This document shows positions 18,001 through 36,000 of a stretch of 64,000 nucleotides of DNA, piece after piece; positions within the stretch are counted from its first letter, which is position 1, and the number at the start of each line of letters is the position of its first letter. The translations under genes were made by a program, and so were the position numbers. The notes below the pieces were generated by a model that worked only from the letters and a program-made list of their open reading frames with translations, was not told the DNA's origin and ran no database searches. The stretch is taken from contig OZ024749.1 of assembly GCA_964016885.1 (NCBI GenBank), positions 16,306,001-16,370,000 on the forward strand, read 5' to 3'. The stretch is from Eledone cirrhosa. Lineage: Eukaryota.

Positions 18001-21000
18001 CCACCACCAATACCACCAATACTACTACCAACACTACCATTAACACCACCACCAATACCACCATTACTACTACCAACACTACCACTAACACCACCACCAA
18101 TACCACCAATACTACTACCAACACTACCACTACCACCATCACCAATACCAACATTACTACTACCAACACTACCACTAACAACATCACCAATACCACCATT
18201 ACTACTACCAACACTACCACTAACACCACCACCAATACCCCCATTACTACTACCAACACTACCACTACACCACCACCAATACTACTACCAACACTACCAC
18301 TAACACCACCACCAATACCACCATTACTACTACCAACACTACCACTAACACCACCACCAATACCACCAATACTACTACCAACACTACCACTAACACCGCC
18401 ACCAATACCACCATTACTACTACCAACACTACCACTAACACCACCACCAATACCCCCATTACTACTACCAACACTACCACTACACCACCACCAATACTAC
18501 TACCAACACTACCACTAACACCACCACCAATACCACCATTACTACTACCAACACTACCACTAACACCACCACCAATACCACCAATACTAAAACCAACACT
18601 ACCACTAACACCACCACCAATACCACCATTACTACTACCAACACTACCACTAACACCACCACCAATACCACCATTACAACTACCAACACTACCACTGACA
18701 CCACCACCAATACCCCCATTACTACTACCAACACTACCACTAACACCACCACCAATACCACCAATACTACTACCAACACTACCACTACACCACCACCAAT
18801 ACTACTACCAAAACTACCACTAACACCACCACCAATACCACCATTACTACCACCAACACTACCACTAACACCACCACCAATACCCCCATTACTACTACCA
18901 ACACTACCACTACACCACCACCAATACTACTACCAACACTACCACTAACACCACCACCAATACCACAAATACTACTACCAACACTACCACTAACACCACC
19001 ACCAATACCACCATTACTACTACCAACACTACCACTAACACCACCACCAATACCACCAATACTACAACCAACACTACTACTAATACCACCACCAATACCA
19101 CCACTACCAGTAACACCACCACCAATACCCCCATTGCTACTACCAATACTACCACTAACACCACCACCAATACCACCATTAATACTACCAACACTACCAC
19201 TAACACCACCACCAATACCACCATTAGTACTACCAACACTACCACTAACACCACCACCATTACCACCATTACTACTACCAACACTACCACTAATACCACC
19301 ACCAATACCACCAATACTACTACCAACATTACCACTAATACCACCACCAATACCACCAATACTACTACCAACACTACCACTAACGCCACCACCAATACCA
19401 CCATTACTACTACCAACACTACCACTAACACCATCACCAATAACAACATTACTACTACCAACACTACCACTAACACCACCACCAATACCACCAATACTAC
19501 TACCAACACCACCAGCAATACCACCATTACTACTACCAATACTACCACTAACACCACCACCAATACCACCATAACTACTACCAACACTACCACTAACACC
19601 ACCACCAATACCACCATTACTACTACCAACACTACCACTAATACCACCACCAATAACACCAATACTACTACCAACACTACCACTAACGCCACCACCAATG
19701 CCACCATTACTACTACCAACACTACCACTAAACCACCACCAATACTACTACCAACACTACCACTAACACCACCACCAATACCACCAATACTACTACCAAC
19801 ACTACCACTAAGACCACCACCAGTACCACCAATACTACTACCAACACTACCACTAACACCACCACCAATACCACCAATACTACTACCAACACTACCACTA
19901 ACACCACTACCAATACCACCAATACTACTACCAACACTACCACTAACACCACCACCAATACCACCATTACTACTAACAACACTACCACTAACACCACCAC
20001 CAATACCACCAATACTACTACCAACACTACCATTAACACCACCACCAATACCACCAATACTACTACCAACACTACCACTAACACCACCACCAATACCACC
20101 AATACTACTACCAACACTACCACTAAGACCACCACCAGTACCACCAATACTACTACCAACACTACCACTAAGACCACCACCAATACCACCAATACTACTA
20201 CCAACACTACCACTAACACCACCACCAATACCACCATTACTACTACCAACACCACCAGCAATACCACCATTTCTACTACCAACACTACCACTAACACCAC
20301 CACCAATACCACCAATACTACTACCAACACCACCAGCAATACCACCATTACTACTACCAATACTACCACTAACACCACCACCAATACCACCATAACTACT
20401 ACCAACACTACCACTAACACCACCACCAATACCACCATTACTACTACCAACACTACCACTAACGTCACCACCAATACCACCATTACTACTACCAACACTA
20501 CCACTAAGACCACCACCAATACCACCAATACTACTACCAACACTACCACTAACACCACCACCAATACCACCAATACTACTACCAACACTACCACTAACAC
20601 CACCACCAATACCACCATTACTACTACCAACACTACCACTAATACCACCACCAATACCACCAATACTACTACCAACACTACCACTAACGCCACCACCAAT
20701 GCCACCATTACTACTACCAACACTACCACTAAACCACCACCAATACTACTACCAACACTACCACTAACACCACCACCAATACCACCAATACTACTACCAA
20801 AACTACCACTAAGACCACCACCAATACCACCAATACTACTACCAACACTACCACTAACACCATCACCAATACCAACATTACTACTACCAACACTACCACT
20901 AACACCACCACCAATACCACCAATACTACTACCAACACCACCAGCAATACCACCATTTCTACTACCAATACTACCACTAACACCACCACCAATACCACCA

Positions 21001-24000
21001 TTAGTACTACCAACACTACCACTAACACCACCATCATTACCACCATTACTACTACCAACACTACCACTAATACCACCACCAATACCACCAATACTACTAC
21101 CAACATTACCACTAATACCACCACCAATACCACCAATACTACTACCAACACTACCACTAACGCCACCACCAATACCACCATTACTACTACCAACACTACC
21201 ACTAACACCATCACCAATACCAACATTACTACTACCAACACTACCACTAACACCACCACCAATACCACCAATACTACTACCAACACCACCAGCAATACCA
21301 CCATTACTACTACCAATACTACCACTAACACCACCACCAATACCACCATAACTACTACCAACACTACCACTAACACCACCACCAATACCACCATTACTAC
21401 TACCAACACTACCACTAACGTCACCACCAATACCACCATTACTACTACCAACACTACCACTAATACCACCACCAATAACACCAATACTACTACCAACACT
21501 ACCACTAACGCCACCACCAATGCCACCATTACTACTACCAACACTACCACTAAACCACCACCAATACTACTACCAACACTACCACTAACACCACCACCAA
21601 TACCACCAATACTACTACCAACACTACCACTAAGACCACCACCAGTACCACCAATACTACTACCAACACTACCACTAACACCACCACCAATACCACCAAT
21701 ACTACTACCAACACTACCACTAACACCACTACCAATACCACCAATACTACTACCAACACTACCACTAACACCACCACCAATACCACCATTACTACTAACA
21801 ACACTACCACTAACACCACCACCAATACCACCAATACTACTACCAACACTACCATTAACACCACCACCAATACCACCATTACTACCACCAACACTACCAC
21901 TAACACCACCACCAATACCACCAATACTACTACCAACACTACCACTACCACCATCACCAATACCATAATTACTACTACCAACACTACCACTAACATCATC
22001 ACCAATACCACAATTACTACTACCAACATTACCACTAACATCACCACCAATACCCCCATTACTACTACCAACACTACCACTAACACCACCACCAATACAA
22101 CCAATACTACTACCAACACTACCACTACACCACCACCAATACTACTACCAACACTACCACTAACACCACCACCAATACCACCATTACTACTACCAACACT
22201 ACCACTAACACCACCACCAATACCACCAATACTACTACCAACACTACCACTAACACCACCACCAATACCACCAATACTACTACCAACACTACCACTAACA
22301 CCACCACCAATACCACCATTACTACTACCAACACTACCACTAATACCACCACCAATACCACCAATACTACTACCAACACTACCACTAACGCCACCACCAA
22401 TGCCACCATTACTACTACCAACACTACAACTAAACCACCACCAATACTACTACCAACACTACCACTAACACCACCACCAATACCACCAATACTACTACCA
22501 ACACTACCACAACACCACCACCAATACTACTACCAACACTACCACTAACACTACCACCAATATCACCATTACTACTACCAACACTACCACTAACACCACC
22601 ACCAATACCACCAATACTACTACCAACACTACCATTAACACCACCACCAATACCACCATTACTACTACCAACACAACCACTAACACCACCACCAATACTA
22701 CTACCAACACTACCAATACCACCATCACCAATACCAACATTACTACTACCAACACTACCACTAACACCATCACCAATACCACCATTACCACTACCAACAC
22801 AACCACTAACACCACCACCAATACCCCCATTACTACTACCAACACTACCACTACACCACCAACAATACTACTACCAACACTACCACTAACACCACCACCA
22901 ATACCACCATTACTACTACCATCACTACCACTAACACCACCACCAATACCACCAATACTACTACCAACACTACCACTAACACCACCACCAATACCACCAT
23001 TACTACTACCAACACTACCACTAACATCACCACCAATACCACCAATACTACTACCAACACTACCATTAACACCACCACCAATACCACCATTACTACTACC
23101 AACACTACCACTAACACCACCACCAATACCACCAATACTACTACCAACACTACCACTACCACCATCACCAATACCAACATTACTACTACCAACACTACCA
23201 CTAACACCATCACCAATACCACCATTACTACTACCAACACTACCACTAACACCACCACCAATACCCCCATTACTACTACCAACACTACCACTACACCACC
23301 ACCAATACTACTACCAACACTACCACTAACACCACCACCAATACCACCATTACTACTACCAACACTACCACTAACACCACCACCAATACCACCAATACTA
23401 CGACCAACACTACCACTAACACCGCCACCAATACCACCATTACTACTACCAACACTACCACTAACACCACCACCAATACCACCAATACTACTACCAACAC
23501 CACCAGCAATACCACCATTACTACTACCAACACTGCCACTAACACCACCACCAATACCATCAATACTACTACCAACACTACCACTAACACCACCTCCAAT
23601 CCCACCATTACTACTACCAACAATATCTCTAACACCACCACCAATACCACCAATACTAAAACCAACACTACCACTAACACCACCACCAATACCACCATTA
23701 CTACTACCAACACTACCACTAACACCACCACCAATACCACCATTACAACTACCAACACTACCACTGACACCACCACCAATACCCCCATTACTACTACCAA
23801 CACTACCACTAACACCACCACCAATACCACCAATACTACTACCAACACTACCACTACACCACCACCAATACTACTACCAAAACTACCACTAACACCACCA
23901 CCAATACCACCATTACTACCACCAACACTACCACTAACACTACCACCAATACCCCCATTACTACTACCAACACTACCACTACACCACCACCAATACTACT

Positions 24001-27000
24001 ACCAACACTACCACTAACACCACCACCAATACCACAAATACTACTACCAACACTACCACTAACACCACCACCAATACCACCATTACTACTACCAACACTA
24101 CCACTAACACCACCACCAATACCACCAATACTACAACCAACACTACTACTAATACCACCACCAATACCACCACTACCAGTAACACCACCACCAATACCCC
24201 CATTGCTACTACCAATACTACCACTAACACCACCACCAATACCACCAATACTACTACCAACACCACCAGCAATACCACCATTACTACTACCAATACTACC
24301 ACTAACACCACCACCAATACCACCATAACTACTACCAACACTACCACTAACACCACCACCAATACCACCAATACTACTACCAACACTACCATTAACACCA
24401 CCACCAATACCACCATTACTACCACCAACACTACCACTAACACCACCACCAATACCACCAATACTACTACCAACACTACCACTACCACCATCACCAATAC
24501 CATAATTACTACTACCAACACTACCACTAACATCATCACCAATACCAACATTACTACTACCAACACTACCACTAACACCATCACCAATACCACCATCACC
24601 ACTACCAACACAACCACTAACACCACCACCAATACCCCCATTACTACTACCAACACTACCACTACACCACCACCAATACTACTACCAACACTACCACTAA
24701 CACCACCACCAATACCACCATTACTACTACCATCACTACCACTAACACCACCACCAATACCACCAATACTACTACCAACACTACCACTAACACCACCACC
24801 AATACCACCATTACTACTACCAACACTACCACTAACATCACCACCAATACCACCAATACTACTACCAACACTACCATTAACACCACCACCAATACCACCA
24901 TTACTACTACCAACACTACCACTAACACCACCACCAATACCACCAATACTACTACCAACACTACCACTACCACCATCACCAATACCAACATTACTACTAC
25001 CAACACTACCACTAACACCATCACCAATACCACCATTACTACTACCAACACTACCACTAACACCACCACCAATACCCCCATTACTACTACCAACACTACC
25101 ATTACACCACCACCAATACTACTACCAACACTACCACTAACACCACCACCAATACCACCATTACTACTACCAACACTACCACTAACACCACCACCAATAC
25201 CACCAATACTACTACCAACACTACCACTAACACCGCCACCAATACCACCATTACTACTACCAACACTACCACTAACACCACCACCAATACCACCAATACT
25301 ACTACCAACACCACCAGCAATACCACCATTACTACTACCAACACTGCCACTAACACCACCACCAATACCATCAATACTACTACCAACACTACCACTAACA
25401 CCACCTCCAATCCCACCATTACTACTACCAACAATATCTCTAACACCACCACCAATACCACCAATACTAAAACCAACACTACCACTAACACCACCACCAA
25501 TACCACCATTACTACTACCAACACTACCACTAACACCACCACCAATACCACCATTACAACTACCAACACTACCACTGACACCACCACCAATACCCCCATT
25601 ACTACTACCAACACTACCACTAACACCACCACCAATACCACCAATACTACTACCAACACTACCACTACACCACCACCAATACTACTACCAAAACTACCAC
25701 TAACACCACCACCAATACCACCATTACTACCACCAACACTACCACTAACACTACCACCAATACCCCCATTACTACTACCAACACTACCACTACACCACCA
25801 CCAATACTACTACCAACACTACCACTAACACCACCACCAATACCACAAATACTACTACCAACACTACCACTAACACCACCACCAATACCACCATTACTAC
25901 TACCAACACTACCACTAACACCACCACCAATACCACCAATACTACAACCAACACTACTACTAATACCACCACCAATACCACCACTACCAGTAACACCACC
26001 ACCAATACCCCCATTGCTACTACCAATACTACCACTAACACCACCACCAATACCACCAATACTACTACCAACACCACCAGCAATACCACCATTACTACTA
26101 CCAATACTACCACTAACACCACCACCAATACCACCATAACTACTACCAACACTACCACTAACACCACCACCAATACCACCATTACTACTACCAACACTAC
26201 CACTAACGTCACCACCAATACCACCATTACTACTACCAACACTACCACTAATACCACCACCAATAACACCAATACTACTACCAACACTACCACTAACGCC
26301 ACCACCAATGCCACCATTACTACTACCAACACTACCACTAAACCACCACCAATACTACTACCAACACTACCACTAACACCACCACCAATACCACCAATAC
26401 TACTACCAACACTACCACTAAGACCACCACCAGTACCACCAATACTACTACCAACACTACCACTAACACCACCACCAATACCACCAATACTACTACCAAC
26501 ACTACCACTAACACCACTACCAATACCACCAATACTACTACCAACACTACCACTAACACCACCACCAATACCACCATTACTACTAACAACACTACCACTA
26601 ACACCACCACCAATACCACCAATACTACTACCAACACTACCATTAACACCACCACCAATACCACCATTACTACCACCAACACTACCACTAACACCACCAC
26701 CAATACCACCAATACTACTACCAACACTACCACTACCACCATCACCAATACCATAATTACTACTACCAACACTACCACTAACATCATCACCAATACCACA
26801 ATTACTACTACCAACATTACCACTAACATCACCACCAATACCCCCATTACTACTACCAACACTACCACTAACACCACCACCAATACAACCAATACTACTA
26901 CCAACACTACCACTACACCACCACCAATACTACTACCAACACTACCACTAACACCACCACCAATACCACCATTACTACTACCAACACTACCACTAACACC

Positions 27001-30000
27001 ACCACCAATACCACCAATACTACTACCAACACTACCACTAACACCACCACCAATACCACCAATACTACTACCAACACTACCACTAACACCACCACCAATA
27101 CCACCATTACTACTACCAACACTACCACTAATACCACCACCAATACCACCAATACTACTACCAACACTACCACTAACGCCACCACCAATGCCACCATTAC
27201 TACTACCAACACTACAACTAAACCACCACCAATACTACTACCAACACTACCACTAACACCACCACCAATACCACCAATACTACTACCAACACTACCACAA
27301 CACCACCACCAATACTACTACCAACACTACCACTAACACCACCACCAATATCACCATTACTACTACCAACACTACCACTAACACCACCACCAATACCACC
27401 AATACTACTACCAACACTACCATTAACACCACCACCAATACCACCATTACTACTACCAACACAACCACTAACACCACCACCAATACTACTACCAACACTA
27501 CCACTACCACCATCACCAATACCAACATTACTACTACCAACACTACCACTAACACCATCACCAATACCACCATTACCACTACCAACACAACCACTAAAAC
27601 CACCACCAATACCCCCATTACTACTACCAACACTACCACTACACCACCACCAATACTACTACCAACACTACCACTAACACCACCACCAATACCACCATTA
27701 CTACTACCATCACTACCACTAACACCACCACCAATACCACCAATACTACTACCAACACTACCACTAACACCACCACCAATACCACCATTACTACTACCAA
27801 CACTACCACTAACATCACCACCAATACCACCAATACTACTACCAACACTACCATTAACACCACCACCAATACCACCATTACTACTACCAACACTACCACT
27901 AACACCACCACCAATACCACCAATACTACTACCAACACTACCACTACCACCATCACCAATACCAACATTACTACTACCAACACTACCACTAACACCATCA
28001 CCAATACCACCATTACTACTACCAACACTACCACTAACACCACCACCAATACCCCCATTACTACTACCAACACTACCACTACACCACCACCAATACTACT
28101 ACCAACACTACCACTAACACCACCACCAATACCACCATTACTACTACCAACACTACCACTAACACCACCACCAATACCACCAATACTACTACCAACACTA
28201 CCACTAACACCGCCACCAATACCACCATTACTACTACCAACACTACCACTAACACCACCACCAATACCACCAATACTACTACCAACACCACCAGCAATAC
28301 CACCATTACTACTACCAACACTGCCACTAACACCACCACCAATACCATCAATACTACTACCAACACTACCACTAACACCACCTCCAATCCCACCATTACT
28401 ACTACCAACAATATATCTAACACCACCACCAATACCACCAATACTAAAACCAACACTACCACTAACACCACCACCAATACCACCATTACTACTACCAACA
28501 CTACCACTAACACCACCACCAATACCACCATTACAACTACCAACACTACCACTGACACCACCACCAATACCCCCATTACTACTACCAACACTACCACTAA
28601 CACCACCACCAATACCACCAATACTACTACCAACACTACCACTACACCACCACCAATACTACTACCAAAACTACCACTAACACCACCACCAATACCACCA
28701 TTACTACCACCAACACTACCACTAACACTACCACCAATACCCCCATTACTACTACCAACACTACCACTACACCACCACCAATACTACTACCAACACTACC
28801 ACTAACACCACCACCAATACCACAAATACTACTACCAACACTACCACTAACACCACCACCAATACCACCATTACTACTACCAACACTACCACTAACACCA
28901 CCACCAATACCACCAATACTACAACCAACACTACTACTAATACCACCACCAATACCACCACTACCAGTAACACCACCACCAATACCCCCATTGCTACTAC
29001 CAATACTACCACTAACACCACTACCAATACCACCATTAGTACTACCAACACTACAACTAACACCACCACCAATACCACCATTAGTACTACCAACACTACC
29101 ACTAACACCACCACCAATACCACCATTACTACTACCAACACTACCACTAATACCACCACCAATACCACCAATACTACTACCAACATTACCACTAATACCA
29201 CCACCAATACCACCAATACTACTACCAACACTATCACTAACGCCACCACCAATACCTACATTACTACTACCAACACTACCACTAACACCGTCACCAATAC
29301 CAACATTACTACTACCAACACTACCACTAACACCACCACCAATACCACCAATACTACTACCAACACCACCAGCAATACCACCATTACTACTACCAATACT
29401 ACCACTAACACCACCACCAATACCACCATAACTACTACCAACACTACCACTAACACCACCACCAATACCACCATTACTACTACCAACACTACCACTAACG
29501 TCACCACCAATACCACCATTACTACTACCAACACTACCACTAATACCACAACCAATAACACCAATACTACTACCAACACTACCACTAACGCCACCACCAA
29601 TACCCCCATTACTACTACCAACACTACCACTAACACCACCACCAATACCACCAATACTACTACCAACACTACCACTACACCACCACCAATACTACTACCA
29701 AAACTACCACTAACACCACCACCAATACCACCATTACTACCACCAACACTACCACTAACACTACCACCAATACCCCCATTACTACTACCAACACTACCAC
29801 TACACCACCACCAATACTACTACCAACACTACCACTAACACCACCACCAATACCACAAATACTACTACCAACACTACCACTAACACCACCACCAATACCA
29901 CCATTACTACTACCAACACTACCACTAACACCACCACCAATACCACCAATACTACAACCAACACTACTACTAATACCACCACCAATACCACCACTACCAG

Positions 30001-33000
30001 TAACACCACCACCAATACCCCCATTGCTACTACCAATACTACCACTAACACCACCACCAATACCACCAATACTACTACCAACACCACCAGCAATACCACC
30101 ATTACTACTACCAATACTACCACTAACACCACCACCAATACCACCATAACTACTACCAACACTACCACTAACACCACCACCAATACCACCATTACTACTA
30201 CCAACACTACCACTAACGTCACCACCAATACCACCATTACTACTACCAACACTACCACTAATACCACCACCAATAACACCAATACTACTACCAACACTAC
30301 CACTAACGCCACCACCAATGCCACCATTACTACTACCAACACTACCACTAAACCACCACCAATACTACTACCAACACTACCACTAACACCACCACCAATA
30401 CCACCAATACTACTACCAACACTACCACTAAGACCACCACCAGTACCACCAATACTACTACCAACACTACCACTAACACCACCACCAATACCACCAATAC
30501 TACTACCAACACTACCACTAACACCACTACCAATACCACCAATACTACTACCAACACTACCACTAACACCACCACCAATACCACCATTACTACTAACAAC
30601 ACTACCACTAACACCACCACCAATACCACCAATACTACTACCAACACTACCATTAACACCACCACCAATACCACCATTACTACCACCAACACTACCACTA
30701 ACACCACCACCAATACCACCAATACTACTACCAACACTACCACTACCACCATCACCAATACCATAATTACTACTACCAACACTACCACTAACATCATCAC
30801 CAATACCACAATTACTACTACCAACATTACCACTAACATCACCACCAATACCCCCATTACTACTACCAACACTACCACTAACACCACCACCAATACAACC
30901 AATACTACTACCAACACTACCACTACACCACCACCAATACTACTACCAACACTACCACTAACACCACCACCAATACCACCATTACTACTACCAACACTAC
31001 CACTAACACCACCACCAATACCACCAATACTACTACCAACACTACCACTAACACCACCACCAATACCACCAATACTACTACCAACACTACCACTAACACC
31101 ACCACCAATACCACCATTACTACTACCAACACTACCACTAATACCACCACCAATACCACCAATACTACTACCAACACTACCACTAACGCCACCACCAATG
31201 CCACCATTACTACTACCAACACTACAACTAAACCACCACCAATACTACTACCAACACTACCACTAACACCACCACCAATACCACCAATACTACTACCAAC
31301 ACTACCACAACACCACCACCAATACTACTACCAACACTACCACTAACACCACCACCAATATCACCATTACTACTACCAACACTACCACTAACACCACCAC
31401 CAATACCACCAATACTACTACCAACACTACCATTAACACCACCACCAATACCACCATTACTACTACCAACACAACCACTAACACCACCACCAATACTACT
31501 ACCAACACTACCACTACCACCATCACCAATACCAACATTACTACTACCAACACTACCACTAACACCATCACCAATACCACCATTACCACTACCAACACAA
31601 CCACTAAAACCACCACCAATACCCCCATTACTACTACCAACACTACCACTACACCACCACCAATACTACTACCAACACTACCACTAACACCACCACCAAT
31701 ACCACCATTACTACTACCATCACTACCACTAACACCACCACCAATACCACCAATACTACTACCAACACTACCACTAACACCACCACCAATACCACCATTA
31801 CTACTACCAACACTACCACTAACATCACCACCAATACCACCAATACTACTACCAACACTACCATTAACACCACCACCAATACCACCATTACTACTACCAA
31901 CACTACCACTAACACCACCACCAATACCACCAATACTACTACCAACACTACCACTACCACCATCACCAATACCAACATTACTACTACCAACACTACCACT
32001 AACACCATCACCAATACCACCATTACTACTACCAACACTACCACTAACACCACCACCAATACCCCCATTACTACTACCAACACTACCACTACACCACCAC
32101 CAATACTACTACCAACACTACCACTAACACCACCACCAATACCACCATTACTACTACCAACACTACCACTAACACCACCACCAATACCACCAATACTACT
32201 ACCAACACTACCACTAACACCGCCACCAATACCACCATTACTACTACCAACACTACCACTAACACCACCACCAATACCACCAATACTACTACCAACACCA
32301 CCAGCAATACCACCATTACTACTACCAACACTGCCACTAACACCACCACCAATACCATCAATACTACTACCAACACTACCACTAACACCACCTCCAATCC
32401 CACCATTACTACTACCAACAATATATCTAACACCACCACCAATACCACCAATACTAAAACCAACACTACCACTAACACCACCACCAATACCACCATTACT
32501 ACTACCAACACTACCACTAACACCACCACCAATACCACCATTACAACTACCAACACTACCACTGACACCACCACCAATACCCCCATTACTACTACCAACA
32601 CTACCACTAACACCACCACCAATACCACCAATACTACTACCAACACTACCACTACACCACCACCAATACTACTACCAAAACTACCACTAACACCACCACC
32701 AATACCACCATTACTACCACCAACACTACCACTAACACTACCACCAATACCCCCATTACTACTACCAACACTACCACTACACCACCACCAATACTACTAC
32801 CAACACTACCACTAACACCACCACCAATACCACAAATACTACTACCAACACTACCACTAACACCACCACCAATACCACCATTACTACTACCAACACTACC
32901 ACTAACACCACCACCAATACCACCAATACTACAACCAACACTACTACTAATACCACCACCAATACCACCACTACCAGTAACACCACCACCAATACCCCCA

Positions 33001-36000
33001 TTGCTACTACCAATACTACCACTAACACCACTACCAATACCACCATTAGTACTACCAACACTACAACTAACACCACCACCAATACCACCATTAGTACTAC
33101 CAACACTACCACTAACACCACCACCAATACCACCATTACTACTACCAACACTACCACTAATACCACCACCAATACCACCAATACTACTACCAACATTACC
33201 ACTAATACCACCACCAATACCACCAATACTACTACCAACACTATCACTAACGCCACCACCAATACCTACATTACTACTACCAACACTACCACTAACACCG
33301 TCACCAATACCAACATTACTACTACCAACACTACCACTAACACCACCACCAATACCACCAATACTACTACCAACACCACCAGCAATACCACCATTACTAC
33401 TACCAATACTACCACTAACACCACCACCAATACCACCATAACTACTACCAACACTACCACTAACACCACCACCAATACCACCATTACTACTACCAACACT
33501 ACCACTAACGTCACCACCAATACCACCATTACTACTACCAACACTACCACTAATACCACAACCAATAACACCAATACTACTACCAACACTACCACTAACG
33601 CCACCACCAATGCCACCATTACTACTACCACCACTACCACTAAACCACCACCAATACTACTACCAACACTACCACTAACACCACCACCAATACCACCAAT
33701 ACTACTACCAACACTACCACTAAGACCACCACCAGTACCACCAATACTACTACCAACACTACCACTAACACCACCACCAATACCACCAATACTACTACCA
33801 ACACTACCACTAACACCACTACCAATACCACCAATACGACTACCAACACTACCACTAACACCACCACCAATACCACCATTACTACTACCAACACTACCAC
33901 TAACACCACCACCAATACCACCAATACTACTACCAACACTATCATTAACACCACCACCAATACCACCATTACTACCACCAACACTACCACTAACACCACC
34001 ACCAATACCACCAATACTACTACCAACACTACCACTACCACCATCACCAATACCATAATTACTACTACCAACACTACCACTAACATCATCACCAATACCA
34101 CAATTACTACTACCAACACTACCACTAACACCACCACCAATACCCCCATTACTACTACCAATACTACCACTAACACCACCACCAATACCACCAATACTAC
34201 TACCAACACTACCACTACACCACCACCAATACTACTACCAACACTACCACTAACACCACCACCAATACCACCAATACTACTACCAACACTACCACAACAC
34301 CACCACCAATACTACTACCAACACTACCACTAACACCACCACCAATATCACCATTACTACTACCAACACTACCACTAACACCACCACCAATACCACCAAT
34401 ACTACTACCAACACTACCATTAACACCACCACCAATACCACCATTACTACTACCAACACAACCACTAACACCACCACCAATACTACTACCAACACTACCA
34501 CTACCACCATCACCAATACCAACATTACTACTACCAACACTACCACTAACACCATCACCAATACCACCATTACCACTACCAACACAACCACTAACACCAC
34601 CACCAATACCCCCATTACTACTACCAACACTACCACTACACCACCACCAATACTACTACCAACACTACCACTAACACCACCACCAATACCACCTTTACTA
34701 CTACCATCACTACCACTAACACCACCACCAATACCACCAATACTACTACCAACACTACCACTAACACCACCACCAATACCACCATTACTACTACCAACAC
34801 TACCACTAACATCACCACCAATACCACCAATACTACTAACAACACTACCATTAACACCACCACCAATACCACCATTACTACTACCAACACTACCACTAAC
34901 ACCACCACCAATACCACCAATACTACTACCAACACTACCACTACCACCATCACCAATACCAACATTACTACTACCAACACTACCACTAACACCATCACCA
35001 ATACCACCATTACTACTACCAACACTACCACTAACACCACCACCAATACCCCCATTACTACTACCAACACTACCACTACACCACCACCAATACTACTACC
35101 AACACTACCACTAACACCACCACCAATACCACCATTACTACTACCAACACTACCACTAACACCACCACCAATACCACCAATACTACTACCAACACTACCA
35201 CTAACACCGCCACCAATACCACCATTACTACTACCAACACTACCACTAACACCACCACCAATACCACCAATACTACTACCAACACCACCAGCAATACCAC
35301 CATTACTACTACCAACACTGCCACTAACACCACCACCAATACCATCAATACTACTACCAACACTACCACTAACACCACCTCCAATCCCACCATTACTACT
35401 ACCAACAATATCTCTAACACCACCACCAATACCACCAATACTAAAACCAACACTACCACTAACACCACCACCAATACCACCATTACTACTACCAACACTA
35501 CCACTAACACCACCACCAATACCACCATTACAACTACCAACACTACCACTGACACCACCACCAATACCCCCATTACTACTACCAACACTACCACTAACAC
35601 CACCACCAATACCACCAATACTACTACCAACACTACCACTACACCACCACCAATACTACTACCAAAACTACCACTAACACCACCACCAATACCACCATTA
35701 CTACCACCAACACTACCACTAACACTACCACCAATACCCCCATTACTACTACCAACACTACCACTACACCACCACCAATACTACTACCAACACTACCACT
35801 AACACCACCACCAATACCACAAATACTACTACCAACACTACCACTAACACCACCACCAATACCACCATTACTACTACCAACACTACCACTAACACCACCA
35901 CCAATACCACCAATACTACTACCAACACTACCACTACACCACCACCAATACTACTACCAACACTACCACTAACACCACCACCAATACCACCAATACTACT